Numbered from the whole stretch's first letter, positions 30,455-47,184 are shown. The stretch is DNA of 63,416 nt, filler included, from Reclinomonas americana ATCC 50394 (GCA_048213135.1; 6 parts of 5 records of this genome joined end to end with filler, not necessarily neighbours in it); one strand, 5' to 3'. Made by a program: numbers and translations. Notes: a model not told the origin generated them from the letters alone.

Positions 30455-31919
30455 ATGTCAGAGGCACACAAGATGTCGCATCTGGTCGAGAAGGCCAGCA
30501 GTTGCGTGTGAAGTGCTTGAGCGGGCCCTCTTGTTTTGCTCTTCAAACTCTCTCTGAGTGTGCACCGCGTGTTTGAGCATTGTGAGGAGCACATGTGTGT
30601 GTACAAGACATGCAAGCGATTGGCAGTGCGTGTGCGTGAGAGAGTGCGTGTGTGTTCCTGCGCAATCTTCCGTCTGTGTGTGTCGCCCCGTTATGCATCG
30701 TTGCTGTGCGCGTGCACTGGTGGCGAGTGCAGGGAGGAGAGGCAGGCAGAGAGACACAAGAGAGAGAGTGCATTATGTCAGCGCAATCGAACATTGCATG
30801 TGTCGACTTGAGACGCAGTGTGTGTGTGTGTGCAAAGTGTGTGCAAGTGTGTGTGTATGCGCGCATCTCTCTCTGTGTCCCTCGTGCGTGCATGTGCGCG
30901 TGTGTGCATCTCTTGTTGGTGCGAAATTCATGTACGGTTGATTGAGGTTGTGCATGTCGTCCTTCACACTCGCTCTCTCTCACTCACACTTGCACACTTG
31001 CGCGCGCGCACAGCACTCGGCATTTCCGGCATTGAATCTGTGCAGAAGCTGTTCAGCGATGCAGTTGCGTGAATGCCCTCTATGCGCACACTCTCACACT
31101 ATCTCACTCACACGCTCGCACACACACAGGAGTTCAGAAAGGAGATGGCCAAGGTGTTCAACGACTTTGACGTTGCGTGGACCCTTTGTGTGTGTGTGCT
31201 TGCTGGCTCCCTCTGTGAGAAAGTGTTCTCATTATGCATTTTGAACAGCTCGATGGCAATGGAACCCTGGAGGTCGATGAGGCCAAGGAGTGGATCGGCA
31301 ACTTGGGTGAGCGAGCTTGTGTGCGCACGTTATCGTCTACCTGCTTTGCTCACTCTCGTTGTGTGCATCGCAGCGGCTGATTGTTGCGCTTCTCGCCAGC
31401 GTGTTCTGTTTTCATGCGTCACCTCTCCTCTTACCTGTGCGTTCTGCAGTCCTCGGCTCGCCCATGGCACCTGAGGAGGTCGATGAGAGTTGCGTTCTTC
31501 TCGTTGTTGCTGCATGCTTGCATCGTTGAGTTTGTGGCGACTCACACACTCGTCGCCCTCACGCAGTCTTCAAGGAGGGTTCGTGGCGATTGACTTCTTT
31601 TTCTTTAATCAGACAAAATGATTGGTCATGGCCTCCTCACACTGTCGTGTGTGTGCGTGTGCAGCCGACCAAAACAGCGACGGTGTGATTGATTTTAATG
31701 AGTTTGCCAAGTACTGCAAGTACATTTTCCTGACGGCGGGTCGGGAGGTCGACCGCATCAACGGAACGTGGGACGGCCCAATTCCCGACGATGCACAATT
31801 GAAAGACAGTTGCGTGTCGTGGCGTGTGCCACGCGCCCCATGCGTGCTGCGTTCTCATACTTGGCGTGGTGTCTCTGTGTCGTGCAGTGGCGAACAAGGG
31901 CAGCTATGCTCGCTGGTGA
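30455..31919 (+). CDS. Small EF-hand pair calcium-binding protein (9 exons including microexons)
   Basis: Spliced: MSEAHKMSHLVEKASTLGISGIESVQKLFSDAEFRKEMAKVFNDFDLDGNGTLEVDEAKEWIGNLAADFLGSPMAPEEVDEIFKEADQNSDGVIDFNEFAKY..MANKGSYARW*, with two canonical EF loops. Confidence 0.85.
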
Positions 31920-32376
31920 GTGAATGCGTGTGTGCGCACAGCCGTCTCGTGCCTGTGGCTCACGTGGTGATTTGTGTTATTGAATGCAGAGGGGCGGTTT
32001 CGCTCGCCAGCTCGGGCCTTATTGTTGTTGATTCCACTTGTTTTCCCACTCTCGTTCATCTCTCATTTTCTGCCCGCTCTTCATGTATCTCTCTCTCTCT
32101 CTCATCTTTATTTCCCACGCCCCACCCCAACCTGTACATGGCTTTCGCAGACAGTCCACGATGTGCCCAGCTGGCATTGATTTGCCGGCTGCTTGCGCGA
32201 CAGCCGTCGATGTAGCGCTGCCCTCCCCGTTCTCTTTCTCCCCCTCGTTTTGGTCTTCATATCTTCGCTGTCCCTGGCTGGACGTCTCGCTGCGGCATTA
32301 AAAGAAACTACCTTGGGTTGGTCGCTGTCGTTTGATTCAACAGAAAAGATTCGCTTGCATATTCCTCTCTCTTGCA

Positions 32377-35408
<3,032 letters not shown>

Positions 35409-35450
35409 AACCCACTTCAGGTTGTCCTCTCACCAACAATCACGCTGACA

Positions 35451-37131
35451 ATGTCGCGCCACGCTCTCCTCCTGCTGGCGCTCCTCGCGCTCACACTCAC
35501 TGTCTGCTTGCACGCTGCATCAGCCTCCAAGTACGCCATCTCACAGTCACACACACATGCGCGCGTGCACACAGACTCTCACACGCACTCACACACAGGT
35601 GGACTGGCTTGTATGGCATCTGCCTCAACCCACAGACAGGCAACACCACGCTCTCTCAGTTGAACCCCTCCACTGGCGCAGAGACCACTGTGGTCAGCGT
35701 CGGCAGCGACTATGATCGTTACACACACTCTCTTATTGTGATCACTCTCTCAGTCACTCACTCACTCAGTTCACTCCCATCACAGCCGCGTACAGCATGA
35801 AGACGGCTGTCGATGGGACCACTGGCACCTTCTTTAGTGTTCTTGTCAACCGCAACACTGGTTTGCATTGCACTTTCCTCACATTATCATGCATGACACT
35901 GAGCAGGCAATGGCATTGCAGGTAAGCCGGCGCTGTTTGAGATTCGCCTCGCTGACCACGGGTTCTCCAACATTCCGCTTGCCAGTTGCGTCTTCCAGTC
36001 TCACTCCCCTGTCTTCTTCTTACCTCACTGTCTTTCTGCAGCGTTCTTCTGGTCGCTGGAGTTCGATTTGTTGAACGGGCAGCTGTATGGCGGCACCACG
36101 TTGAACGGCAAGCAGGTCATTGGGCAGCTGAATCGACGCACGGGCGCCTTTACGTTTCGTCGCGCACACCCCGCTCTCGCCTCTGCTGTAGCGTGCTCAT
36201 TGTGGAAGGCAGGCAAATGGCGGTGCTGCCCGACGGTGTCTCGCCGGCCGGTATCTCGGCGTTGAACTACATTGACCGTGCGTATCACTTGGTCTGCTAC
36301 GACAAGAACGACAACACGTGGAATCTCTACTCGATGCACCTCGACACCGGCACCGTCAGCGTGTACCTGGTGTGTGTGTGGGCGCATGCATGTATTCCTT
36401 GGGCTTTCGTCTCACGACGTGGATGCATGCAGTTGCCAGGCTTCTACATCTCGTCGATCGACATCAAGCACGACTCGCACGGCGGCACCATCTACTCGCT
36501 CTTCCACGATCAGCAGCCGCCGTTCCAGTTGCGTGGCTGGCGCGACGCTGGGTGTACGTGAATTCATAACTCACGTGTCTCACAGGAACTACTTTGGCAC
36601 GGTGACGTTGCCGTCGGTGAGTACGCTTGTCGCCCTGCAGAGTTGCACACGCACACTACTTTCCTCACTCGCCTCGCAGACGACCACTGGCTCGGCCACC
36701 TTCACCAAGATCGGCACGATTGACGCGCACGCCTTTGCTTACGTTGCGTCTCTCGATGACACGATGTGGATATGCTCGAGCGTCTGTGGCTCACATTGAC
36801 TCTGTTGCTCGTTTGCAGCCGTTCCAGGGCGTGTCGGTTTGTGAACATGCGTGTTTCTCTTCCTCGTCTCGAATTGCACGCCCTTAAATCTCGATGCGCA
36901 GGCACTCGACGCCCCGGAGAACCTGTACTACGTCGTCATGGAGAGCCAGGTCTGCTTCTTGCACTCCTGCTCCGTCCATTCCCTTGCCCAGGTTTTCACC
37001 TCCCTCTCTCTTGACCCGCAAAGACCGTCGCCAACCAGTTCGATGCGGTGACCATCGACATGAAGACCGGCAAGGAGACCAAGGCCGCGCCTCTCGGCAT
37101 CATTCCCTTCGAGATCGGCTACCTCACGTAA
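35451..37131 (+). CDS. Secreted protein of unknown function, probably beta-propeller-like (about 12 exons)
   Basis: Signal peptide MSRHALLLLALLALTLTVCLHAASA. Phase-consistent splicing gives repeated LSQLNPSTG / GQLNRRTG / YSMHLDTG / TIDMKTG turns. Confidence 0.65.
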
Positions 37132-37275
37132 ACACACCACCGGTCTGTCCCCCCCTTCATTCTTCTTGTCGCTGCTGTGCTCGAATTTCCCTTTTTGCTT
37201 TTTACTGTCGACCAGCAACAATGACAATGAACACAAGATACGCGTGAACACGTCGTCGTTGCGATTGCCACCGCC

Positions 37276-38526
37276 TCAGTAGTCCAGATCCGCAAAGTCG
37301 TCATCGTCGGCATGCAGCATTTCACCTGCGCCGCGAAAGTGTGTGAGCGCACCGCGTTCCTCACGGCACGAGAATGCCACCACTCACCTCCACGACCGTG
37401 ACGCCGCACCACCAGGTCGTTTTGTAGTGCACTGATCCGCCTCAGGAGGCTCTCCGTGGTCTCCACCACCGCCCTGCCCGTGTCGGCCACCTTTTCGAAT
37501 GTGGACTCGCGCAAATCGGTGGATGTGGCGTACAACACACTCTGTTGCGAGTCGATGCGGGCGCGAATCAAGTGCTCGCTGATAAGCACCTCCAGCTCCT
37601 TCATGAGGCCGCCGACCGTGGTGCAAAACGCCGCCGCCATGCGGTTCAAGTCGACGCTATGTATGCACGTCATGATCGATGGGGGGAGAGAAAGGCTCTC
37701 CTTTTTCACACACACACGCACCTCACAAACGGACTCGTGTACTGCACCATGGCCTTGCTGCGGATCTTGGCGTACAGCGCCTCAAAGTGCTCGGCCAAGT
37801 ACATGTCCAATCGGGCCTCACTCTGCACCATTTGTGAGCAACAACAGCACGGAAGGATGCCACACACACATACGCACGCACGCGTGACGCAACTCGCAGC
37901 ATCTCCAACACCTGCAAGCACTTGTCGTACTTGGAGTGGTAAAAGTGTGCAATCATTTCCCGCACGTGTGGTACCAGCTCCAAAAACTGCTTGAACGAGC
38001 TCTTTTCCATCAACTGCGCGGCGAGTCAGACAGGAATGCACACACACGCCAGTGGGTCACAAAACAAAACAATGCGCAATCGCAACTTCAGTGCGAATCT
38101 CCTGGCGCGAGAACGTGGCCAGGCCGCACAGCGCGCCGTACACGGCCACATCCTGGCACGAGATCACACTCGAGTAGTTGGAGCCCAGGTCAATGCTGGT
38201 GTTGACAAAACGCTCAGCCGCGTGCCGGAAGTTGGATTGGCACAAGTGTGAGAGGCCTTTTTTTGTTACAGGAATGTGAGCAGATCGTCATGCGTGAGGA
38301 GCAAGAGTGGAGCTAATGCACGCACCTGAGGCCGCACTGAGCTTGGCCTGCGTGACGGGATCGGCCTCGGCGTTCTCCGCCTTGGTCACGTTCTGCGTCA
38401 CCAACAGCCAGCTGCGCGTCTCCACGCCAATTTGGATGAGGGTGAGCGCCAGGTCCAGCGAGTGCCGGTTGTTGGTGCAGTACTCGCGCATGCGGGAGCA
38501 GACTTTGAGGGCGGTTTGCAGGTCGC
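37276..38526 (-). CDS. CSN1: COP9 signalosome subunit 1 (5' partial)
   Basis: GDLQTALKVCSRMREYCT..NFRHAAERF..DVAVYGALCGLATFSRQEI..SSFKQFLELVP..FYHSKYDKCL..DMYLAEH..IRSKAMVQYTSPF..RARIDSQQSVLYA (PCI domain). Confidence 0.92.
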
Positions 38527-38899
38527 CTGCGGGGAGGGGGACGGGAAGGGAAAGGGGAGGTGAGGGGAAGGGCGGAGAAAAGGGAGGGAGGGAGGGAGGG
38601 AGGGAGGGAGGAGGAGGAGGAGGAGGAGGAGGAGGAGGAGGAGGAGGAGGAGGAGGAGGGAGGAGGAGGAGGAGGAGGAGGAGGAGGAGGAGGAGGAGGA
38701 GGAGGAGGAGGAGGAGGAGGAGGAGGAGAGGAGGAGAGAGAGAGAGAGAGAGAGAGACGGAGGAGAGACGAGNNNNNNNNNNNNNNNNNNNNNNNNNNNN
38801 NNNNNNNNNNNNNNNNTTAATTAATTAANNNNNNNNNNNNNNNNNNNNNNNNNNNNNNNNNNNNNNNNNNNNCTACTCCTACGTCGTGCGTCGTCGAGC

Positions 38900-38936
<37 letters not shown>

Positions 38937-39086
38937 GCCGTGGACGATGAAGAATTGCGAGAAAAACGCAGGAGGTGCAAGTTCAGCGCTGGTTGGCCAA
39001 CAGCACGTGTGAGAATAATCAAGATTAGGAAATACGCGATGTGTGACGCATGCAGAGAAGGCAAGCACCAAGGAGTATCGGCAGCC

Positions 39087-39960
39087 CTAAAGAGTGTCCC
39101 ACAGGATGCCAAATATCAGGACAACAACACACCTCAACTCAGCAACCAGATTCTGCACCGATGATGGATCGTCGCCGGAATGCACCGCCTCCACAGGCCC
39201 AATGCCATACCTGCGCACGCTCGACGTCGTGAGCACCAGGGATGAAGCGAGGATTGCAGAGGAAAAGGGACGAAACTGTTTCTTGAGTCGAGCAATCGTC
39301 GATGCAGCGTCCTCCGAAGCAGTATCTGCTGCGCCGCCGTGTGAGTAACACTCAAATGACTGAAACAGAAGTAGACGATGCATGACAAACCTCCACCAGA
39401 ATCCCGCCTCTTTGGACGTGTGCGTGAGGGCACCTCCACGCCGACACTGCCAGTGGTGGACGAGTGACCTGCGATGGTGAACTGTGATGAGAAGGGGAAG
39501 TAAGAGCTGGAACCAAGTTGGCGGGTCGCACCTTTCGAGTCCACCAGACGGTCGTAGTTTTCGAGTAGCCGAGTAGCGCGAGCGTCCAAACTCGCGAGCG
39601 CGGGATCCGACGAGAGGTCAGTTCTGTGGGTGAGAGATGGTGAGTGGATTGGACGAGGGGAGGGAGACGGAAAGGAGGAGGGATAGGAAGAGGGAAAGGA
39701 AGAGGGAAAGGAAGAGGGAAAGGGAAAGGGAGAGAGAGAGAATGGGAGAGAAGGGGGTGGAAGAATCAGAAAGGACTGACAGACTCTCATGGTTGACACT
39801 TAGAGGTTGGAAAGAAGAACAAGCTGGAGAGAGAGAGGGGGGGAAGCGAATCAAACAAACGCCATCATGACACTCACTGTAGGAATGAAGGCGGAAGAAT
39901 CAGAAACGACTGACAGACTCTCGTGGTTAACACTCAGAGGTTGGAAAGAAGAACAAGCTG

Positions 39961-40001
<41 letters not shown>

Positions 40002-40542
40002 AGACGACGACGAAGAAGAAACGACGAGAAGAGAGAGGACGAGTAAGTACGTACGACGACGACGACGACGTACGTCGTCGACGACGAGTAGTAAGTAAAG
40101 TAAGTAAGGTAAGTANNNNNNNNNNNNNNNNNNNNNNNNNNNNNNNNNNNNNNNNNNNNNNNNNNNNNNNNNNNNNNNNNNNNNNNNNNNNNNNNNNNNN
40201 NNNNNNNNNNNNNNNNNNNNNNNNNNNNNNNNNNNNNNNNNNNNNNNNNNNNNNNNNNNNNNNNNNNNNNNNNNNNNNNNNNNNNNNNNNNNNNNNNNNN
40301 NNNNNNNNNNNNNNNNNNNNNNNNNNNNNNNNNNNNNNNNNNNNNNNNNNNNNNNNNNNNNNNNNNNNNNNNNNNNNNNNNNNNNNNNNNNNNNNNNNNN
40401 NNNNNNNACGTACGGTACGTATACGTACGTAGTACCGTACGTACGACGTACGTAGAGGAAGGAGGAAGAACGTAACGAACGTAACGAGACGACGACGTAC
40501 GTACGTACGTACGTACGTACGTACGTAGAGAGTAGAAGAAGA

Positions 40543-40585
<43 letters not shown>

Positions 40586-42533
40586 AGCGAGAAAAGGATA
40601 CGGACCAGGAAGAAAACGAACGGAGACATAGAGGAGTGCAGAAGTACGTACGCAGCAGACACGTCTGCAGGCATGAAATAGAGTAAGATGCAATAAGGAG
40701 AAAGAGCACACTTATTTTTGACTCTCGCTTAAATGACTCGAGGGAAAGGATGAGGAGTGAAGAAGTGTCTGCAACCATCTGACACGGGAGAGAGATGATG
40801 AAAGCAGACCGACAATGAATGACACGCATGACAGCATGCACGCACGCACACATGCACAGAAAAGAAAGAGCTATAAAAACAACAGAAGAATCCAATCGAG
40901 CAAACGACACTCACCCGCGGCTCTTGGCTGCTGCCGTCGTCGTTGTCGTCGTTGTCACCGCCGCCACCGCCGTAACACCAAGACGACCACCCGCCGCCGC
41001 ATACGACCTCTCCGGCACTGGCGACGGCAGCGAGCTGGAGTCCGACGCCCCACCCGGTGTGGGGAGTGTGCCGTCGGAGTCGGACTGACTCGACGGTGTC
41101 GTTTCGCTCGGCATCTCCGGCGATGACAACTCTGTGACGCCGCCAGTACGCCACGGTGGCACGTACGGATGCTGCGGTGCCCACCATTGCGACGATCCTG
41201 CGTTGGCGGCAGCCCCACTGCCCGTGGAGCCGCCCTCGGCGTACACTGGAGCCGTCAGTACAGGCTTGCTGGAATCGCTTTGCATAAACTCCTCCACCAA
41301 CGCCGCCATGCGCGGCGTCGTGTGACGTCTCTTGGTCAACGGTTGCGGTTGAGACTGCGGCTGCTGCTGCTGTCGCTGCTGTAGTGAAGACGACGCCGTG
41401 ATCCGCTTCGGTGATGGTGCACTGCCGGCGCTCGACAATGGTGTGCCATTGGATGACGGCGTCGTGGATATGGATGCCGGTGTGGATGTCGTGCGCAAGA
41501 GTGGTGCCGGCATGCTGTCGGCCGAATCACTTATGCCCGACTCCGGGTCCGCCGTTCGCACATTGCGCGACGGCTTTGAGGACGACTGTTGGTGTCCGCC
41601 GACCGCCTTTTGCACAGGGTCGTAGCGGCGAGGATTGGAACGTGATCGCCGCTTGGGAGATGGGCCCGAGGGCGCCACCGGCGGCGATGGGCTCGGCACG
41701 GACTCGGATGCGGCCAGATCGGCGGCACCGATGCCACGCAGGGGAGCCATGCCGTCGCGCGCCAGCTCCTGGTCGGCGGCGTCTAGCAGCGTGGCCACGC
41801 GGCGTTGGATCGGGGCTGCATGGCGCGAGGAACGGAGTGAGTGAAAAAAAGTCTCAGCACAGCAGGATGCAAGCAAGCTCACCTGATGCCAGGCGACTTC
41901 GTCGGCTCTTGCCGACCTTGGCCAGCCGGTCCTCCACGGGTGGAGCACGAGCTGTCACGGCGCCGCCAACACCAGCACCCACCCCGTGCAGTCCGTTCGA
42001 CACACCGAGGTCGGTCACTGGCGACTCGTTGTCGGTGGATGACACGGAGGAGGAGATGCTGTTGCCAATGCCGCTGCCGGGAGCCACATTGGGCGCCGAC
42101 AGCGGCCTTTGTCGCGCAATTCGCTCATTCAGCTTGCGCAACTGGTCGGCCATGTGCGATCGACGGCTGCGCGCAGAGTGATGAGTACGAAGAAGCAAGG
42201 CTTGGCAAGGGACACGGCCTCACCGATCGATTACGGCGTTGACCGGCCCGGGAACCACCAGCGGCGCACCGGGAGTGAGCGCCTCGCCGGAGGAACTCAG
42301 CGGCAGCTGCATCAGCGGGTGTGCGTGATGCGGGAACAGCTGGGGTGGTGCCATGGCGCCAGGCGACGTGGCTAGTATCGGTGGTGGTGGTGCCATCAGC
42401 GACGACGACGAGGACGAGGAGGAGGGAGGTGGGGGTGGAGAGGGTGTGGCGTAGGATGAGGGTTCGAGGCCGAGGCCGGTGTTGCCGTAGATCTTGCGGC
42501 ATCCGTTGAGGAGGTCCACGCGGGTGGTGCGTC
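39087..42533 (-). CDS. Large Ser/Pro-rich hypothetical protein (partial, multi-exon)
   Basis: Chain of long open frames (42220-42533, 41880-42175, 40914-41840, 39390-39623, 39087-39350) separated by short GT-AG introns or gaps. No recognisable domain. Confidence 0.5.
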
Positions 42534-42937
42534 TGAGAGGGGGAAAGGTCAAGAGGAGAATGAGAGGGGAGGAGAGGCAAAGGGGAGGGGAAGGGAGGGA
42601 GGGGGAAGGGAGGGGGAAGGGAGGAAGGGGAAAGGACAAGAGGAGGATGAGAGGGGAGGAGAGGCAAAGGAGAGGGGGAAGGAGGAAAAGAGGGGGATGA
42701 GAACGAGTGGGGAAGCGAGAGCTGGGGAGAGTAGCAGAGAACAAAGACATGGTGAGCAGAAGGACGGACAAGGGAGGAAAGAGAATAGGCGAGGAGAGCA
42801 GAGGAGGTGGTAGAGGAGGAGAAGGAAGACGGAGATNNNNNNNNNNNNNNNNNNNNNNNNNNNNNNNNNNNNNNNNNNNNTTAATTAATTAANNNNNNNN
42901 NNNNNNNNNNNNNNNNNNNNNNNNNNNNNNNNNNNNC

Positions 42938-43472
42938 GGTTTGGTCTGTCGCTGTCACTCCCGATGGTCGGCACATGGTGAGCGGAAGTCGAGACACTAC
43001 TGTGCGATTGTGGTCTGTCGCGAGTGGAGAAGAGGTGCGGCGGTTGAAGGGACACACTGGCTGGGTGCTCTCTGTTGCCGTCACCTCCGACGGCCAGCAC
43101 ATCGTGAGTGCGGGTGGCCAAGACCGCACCGTTCGGGTGTGGTCGCTGGCAAGTGGGGAGGAAGTGCGGCGGCTGGAGGGGCACTCTGACTCGGTATGGT
43201 CTGTTGCCGTCACTCCCGATGGACAACACATCGTGAGTGGCAGTCGGGACGGGACGATCCGTGTGTGGTCCACTCCGCGTGGGCTGGCCCGGCAGGAGGT
43301 TGCGGCTGCACGATCAGCCGTGCTGGCTGTCAATGAGCTGCTTGCTGACGACCACCATGACTGGAACCTGGTAGACGTCGTGCTGCGATGCTTTGTGCTG
43401 GAGGATGCAGCGGTGATTGAACGCCGTGCGCCAGAGTGGCTGGTGTACAGAGTGTCGTCCCTGTCACAGTGA
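42938..43472 (+). CDS. WD40-repeat family copy A (5' truncated by scaffold end)
   Basis: Three visible 42-aa repeats (VWSVAVTPDG..SGSRDTTVRLWS..EEVRRLxGH) plus the tail STPRGLARQE..LVDVVLRCFVLEDA. Confidence 0.88.
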
Positions 43473-43763
43473 ATGCTGGGTGCGTCGCCGCACGAGAATG
43501 AATACAAGCAAGTTAAGTCGATTCATTTCAGTCGGATCAATAGCTGTTGATCTCACGTGTACGCGAGAGCGGAAGGAATGTCGACAAAGGTGTGAGCGTC
43601 TGCGTTTGTGTGTGTGTGAGAGAGAGAGAGAGATATCATCTCTGTCTGCCTGTCTCCCCACACTCTCCCTAGGCCTACTTGTGTGTGTGTGAGAGAGATC
43701 GTGGTTGCTTTCCTGACTCTCTCTCACCCACTCCGTCTCCTTGTGTATGTGAGGTCTCCCCAC

Positions 43764-43800
<37 letters not shown>

Positions 43801-46414
43801 CTTTTCAGAGATGGCATGGCCTTCCCGACTTTCTCTCTCTCTTTCACACTCTGTCTCCTTATGTCTGCTGCGATACGTGTTTGTGAGTTCATGTTTGTTT
43901 GCCTGCCTCACTCTTTCTTCTCTCCTTCTCCCTCGCTCCTTTCTCTCTCTTCTTGTATGCTCCTTCCCTCCTCTCTCTCTCTCTCCCTCTCCCTTCCTCC
44001 CTCCTTTTTCCTCTCCCTCCTTTCTCTCTCTCTCCCCGCCCTCTTTCTTCCCGTGTGTGAGAGAGAGCACGCATTCCCGACTTTTCTCCTTCTTACTCTG
44101 TCACCTTGTGCATGCGCATGCGTGATTGTGAGGCATGTTTGTTTGCCNNNNNNNNNNNNNNNNNNNNNNNNNNNNNNNNNNNNNNNNNNNNNNNNNNNNN
44201 NNNNNNNNNNNNNNNNNNNNNNNNNNNNNNNNNNNNNNNNNNNNNNNNNNNNNNNNNNNNNNNNNNNNNNNNNNNNNNNNNNNNNNNNNNNNNNNNNNNN
44301 NNNNNNNNNNNNNNNNNNNNNNNNNNNNNNNNNNNNNNNNNNNNNTTTTCACGTGCGTGCGTGTGTGTGTGTGTGTCTGATTTGCTCGCTCAGGATTGTC
44401 ACTATTTCCCTCCTTTCTTCTCCCGCCTTGCTCTGAGACGTCGTCCATCCCTCGCCAGGCTACAGCCAGTACGCCACACAACATACAGCAGTATGAGAGC
44501 GACGTGACTCCGATGATGCGTGTGGGCTTTCGAAGACCGACACGGGACACGTCGATGAGAAATCGACAGAATATCAATGGACAAGCAGGGTGGTGGCTCG
44601 AGGTGGCGCTCCACTGCACCGTGCTGCTGTCCAGCAACACTTCATATCAACTGACTTGCATTCTCTATCAACGAGGACAGGAATGTCGTGCTGCTTGGAT
44701 GTGCAGCTCTGGCTGATGCCACAGCACAGCACATCGGAGAATCCAGTAAGCACGACGAGTCAGCGATACCGCACACCTCCTTGGATCGGCCCACAGCGAG
44801 GTTGATGAGGGCACGATGATGGCAACCGGTACAGGAGAGGAGCAACCATAATAGCAGCAAGCGGTGGAAGAGGCAGCTGCGTCGTGAGACTCGCCTCCTC
44901 TCACCAACATCACAATCAATGCCTCGTGCCTTCAATCACACTCAATGCCTCGTGCCTTCAATCACACTCACATTCGGTCGGTGCATTATCTCATGCATGC
45001 ATTGTGTAGCACGGAACCACGTGTCTTCGCATGCCAGTCACTTGCCAGCACGCCTGTGTTCAGATCACACACAGAATTGAGTCAGTCAATCTCCAAGTCT
45101 CACCAACTTACTCCTCAACGCAGATGCAGAACACGCACGCACCATGAGTTGCTGGCCGAGCATGCGTCTAAAGTCACCCATGGCCACCACCATCGTCACT
45201 CGACAGTGACAGCAACAACCAAGGTGCGCACATCATCGATTCGCTCCGACTTGCCAGTCGAGATTGAACGATCCACCGGCCAGGCCACCATGTCGCACAT
45301 CACGGCACGCATGCCACCCTCGCCACGCTCTCCATGGCATGCACGACCTACACGACTGAGGTGAGTGGGAGGGAAGGAGGAAAGAGAGATCACGACGAAA
45401 AGTCCACACACCTGCTTCGTGCAGGGTGGGATGCGAGTGGGGAGCCGACTGAGTGAGGTGACGGTCGACAACGGGCGATGCACAGCATGCCTGCAATCAT
45501 TACGGAACAACGAGGGGGACCTGCCCCTAAGGTGCCTGCATGTCGGTACACTGTGAGCGAAAGGAATGGAGGAAGGAGAGAGAAATCTGCTGCTCTGTCT
45601 CAATGAAGAACACACCGATCAGCATCTGATACCAACACGCGTTTGTCAAGAAGCAAGGCGAGGGATGCTTCTGTACACACATCCATCCTGCAAAGGAGAG
45701 GGAGAGAAGAATCAGCATGCAGTCAAGCCATCTCACACACTTCGGCATCGGGAAGCTCACCATGATGAACTGGCAGGATGGCAGTCGGTGCATCAAGAGT
45801 AGGGAAGCATGCTCGGCCTCGAGCGAGTGCGGAAAAGAGGAGTGGATGACTGGGGAAGCAGATGAGCGCACACCGGAGGGAGATGGAGGAGAAAGAGAGA
45901 GATTCAGCACGGGACAGAGAAGAAGAGAGCTGAAAGACATGCATTCTTCAGAGCCGGAAGGAGAATGCCCACGGCGCACAGGCACAATGGGAAGCAGAGC
46001 AGTGATGCCAAAGTGGTGCGCGAAAGAAGACGCGAGAAAACAGACGTCGGTGACTTACTCTCCTGAGGCACATACGTGGGCGACGAAATATGCACGCACA
46101 ACAGACACCACAAAGAGACAGAAAGACACAACAGCCTCCCAGGTGATTCATCTAGCTTGTAACACACAAATAGATGTGAGAAAGAGACACGCACACAGAG
46201 GGAGACATGCTTCACGCCCACCCACTCTCATTCACATGAAAGGGCAACAAACACAGAGAACAATTCTTCATCATCCACGTCGACTTCTCTCTCTTCCTCT
46301 GTCATCCTCTTCCCCCTCCTGCATCCCGCATGATCACCCACACTCCCTCGCAGACACGAAAAACAACTCACAATAATGAGTAGCCACCGCTCTCCCTCTC
46401 TTGGACTCACCGAC

Positions 46415-47184
46415 TCAGCACCGGAAGAGGACGACCTCGGCATCCTCGACGATGAAACAGCGCAGAATCAGCTCGGGAAGACACCGCGAATCTTATTTCT
46501 CCTGCATCTCCTGCACAGCCTGCATGGCCGACCGCGCAGCGTCGAGTTCAAGGCGGGCAAGGCCACGTGGTGTGGACCACACTCGCACGGTATTGTCTTT
46601 GCCACCCGCACTCACAATGTGCTGACCATCAAGAGAGACGGCGACACAATTCACCCATCCAGTGTGTCCCTCCAGCCGTCGCACTTCCTCTCCACTCTCC
46701 AAAGACCACACCCGAATGGAGCTGTCCTCGCTCCCGCACACAATGTGATGACCATCTGGGGTGACGGCGACAGACCACACCTTATCATCGTGTCCCTCTA
46801 ACCGTCGCACCTCCTCCCCACTCTCCAGCGACCACACACGCACGGTACAGTCTCCACACCCACTCACGACATGCTGGCCATTGGGGGTGACGGCGACAGA
46901 CCACACCGGACCAGTGTCTCTCTCCAGTCGTCGCACTTCTTCTCCGCTCGCCAGAGACCACATTCGAACGGTGCTGTCCATGCATCCACCAACAATGTGC
47001 TGGCAATCGGGAGTGACTGTGACCGATCGCACCGAAGAAGCGAGACCCTGAATGATCTGTGTTGATCACCCGCGGGTGAGACGCACATGCACAAACAACA
47101 ACCGCACACACGCACGAGCACACGAATGCACGTGCAGACACCAACCACGCAAAAGTGCGCATAAATTCACACCTTGGTTGTCAT
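46415..47184 (-). pseudogene. WD40 family copy B: only 4 repeats and a nonsense codon in the tail
   Basis: Exon 1 MTTK (47173-47184), then four repeats. TAA at 46493-46495 interrupts ..MQEK*DSRCLPELILRCFIVEDAEVVLFRC*, a tail that is intact in copies D and E. Confidence 0.7.

Noticed and set aside
40040..40530. (TACG)n / (GAC)n-rich sequence flanking a gap
   Set aside because: It looks like pyrosequencing flow-order noise at low-quality read ends, as do the gtc runs near 18100-18260.
46493..46495. TAA at a Glu-aligned position as evidence of stop-codon reassignment
   Set aside because: TAA terminates other genes normally (22670, 35406, 37129). A single nonsense mutation in a degenerate copy is the simpler explanation.
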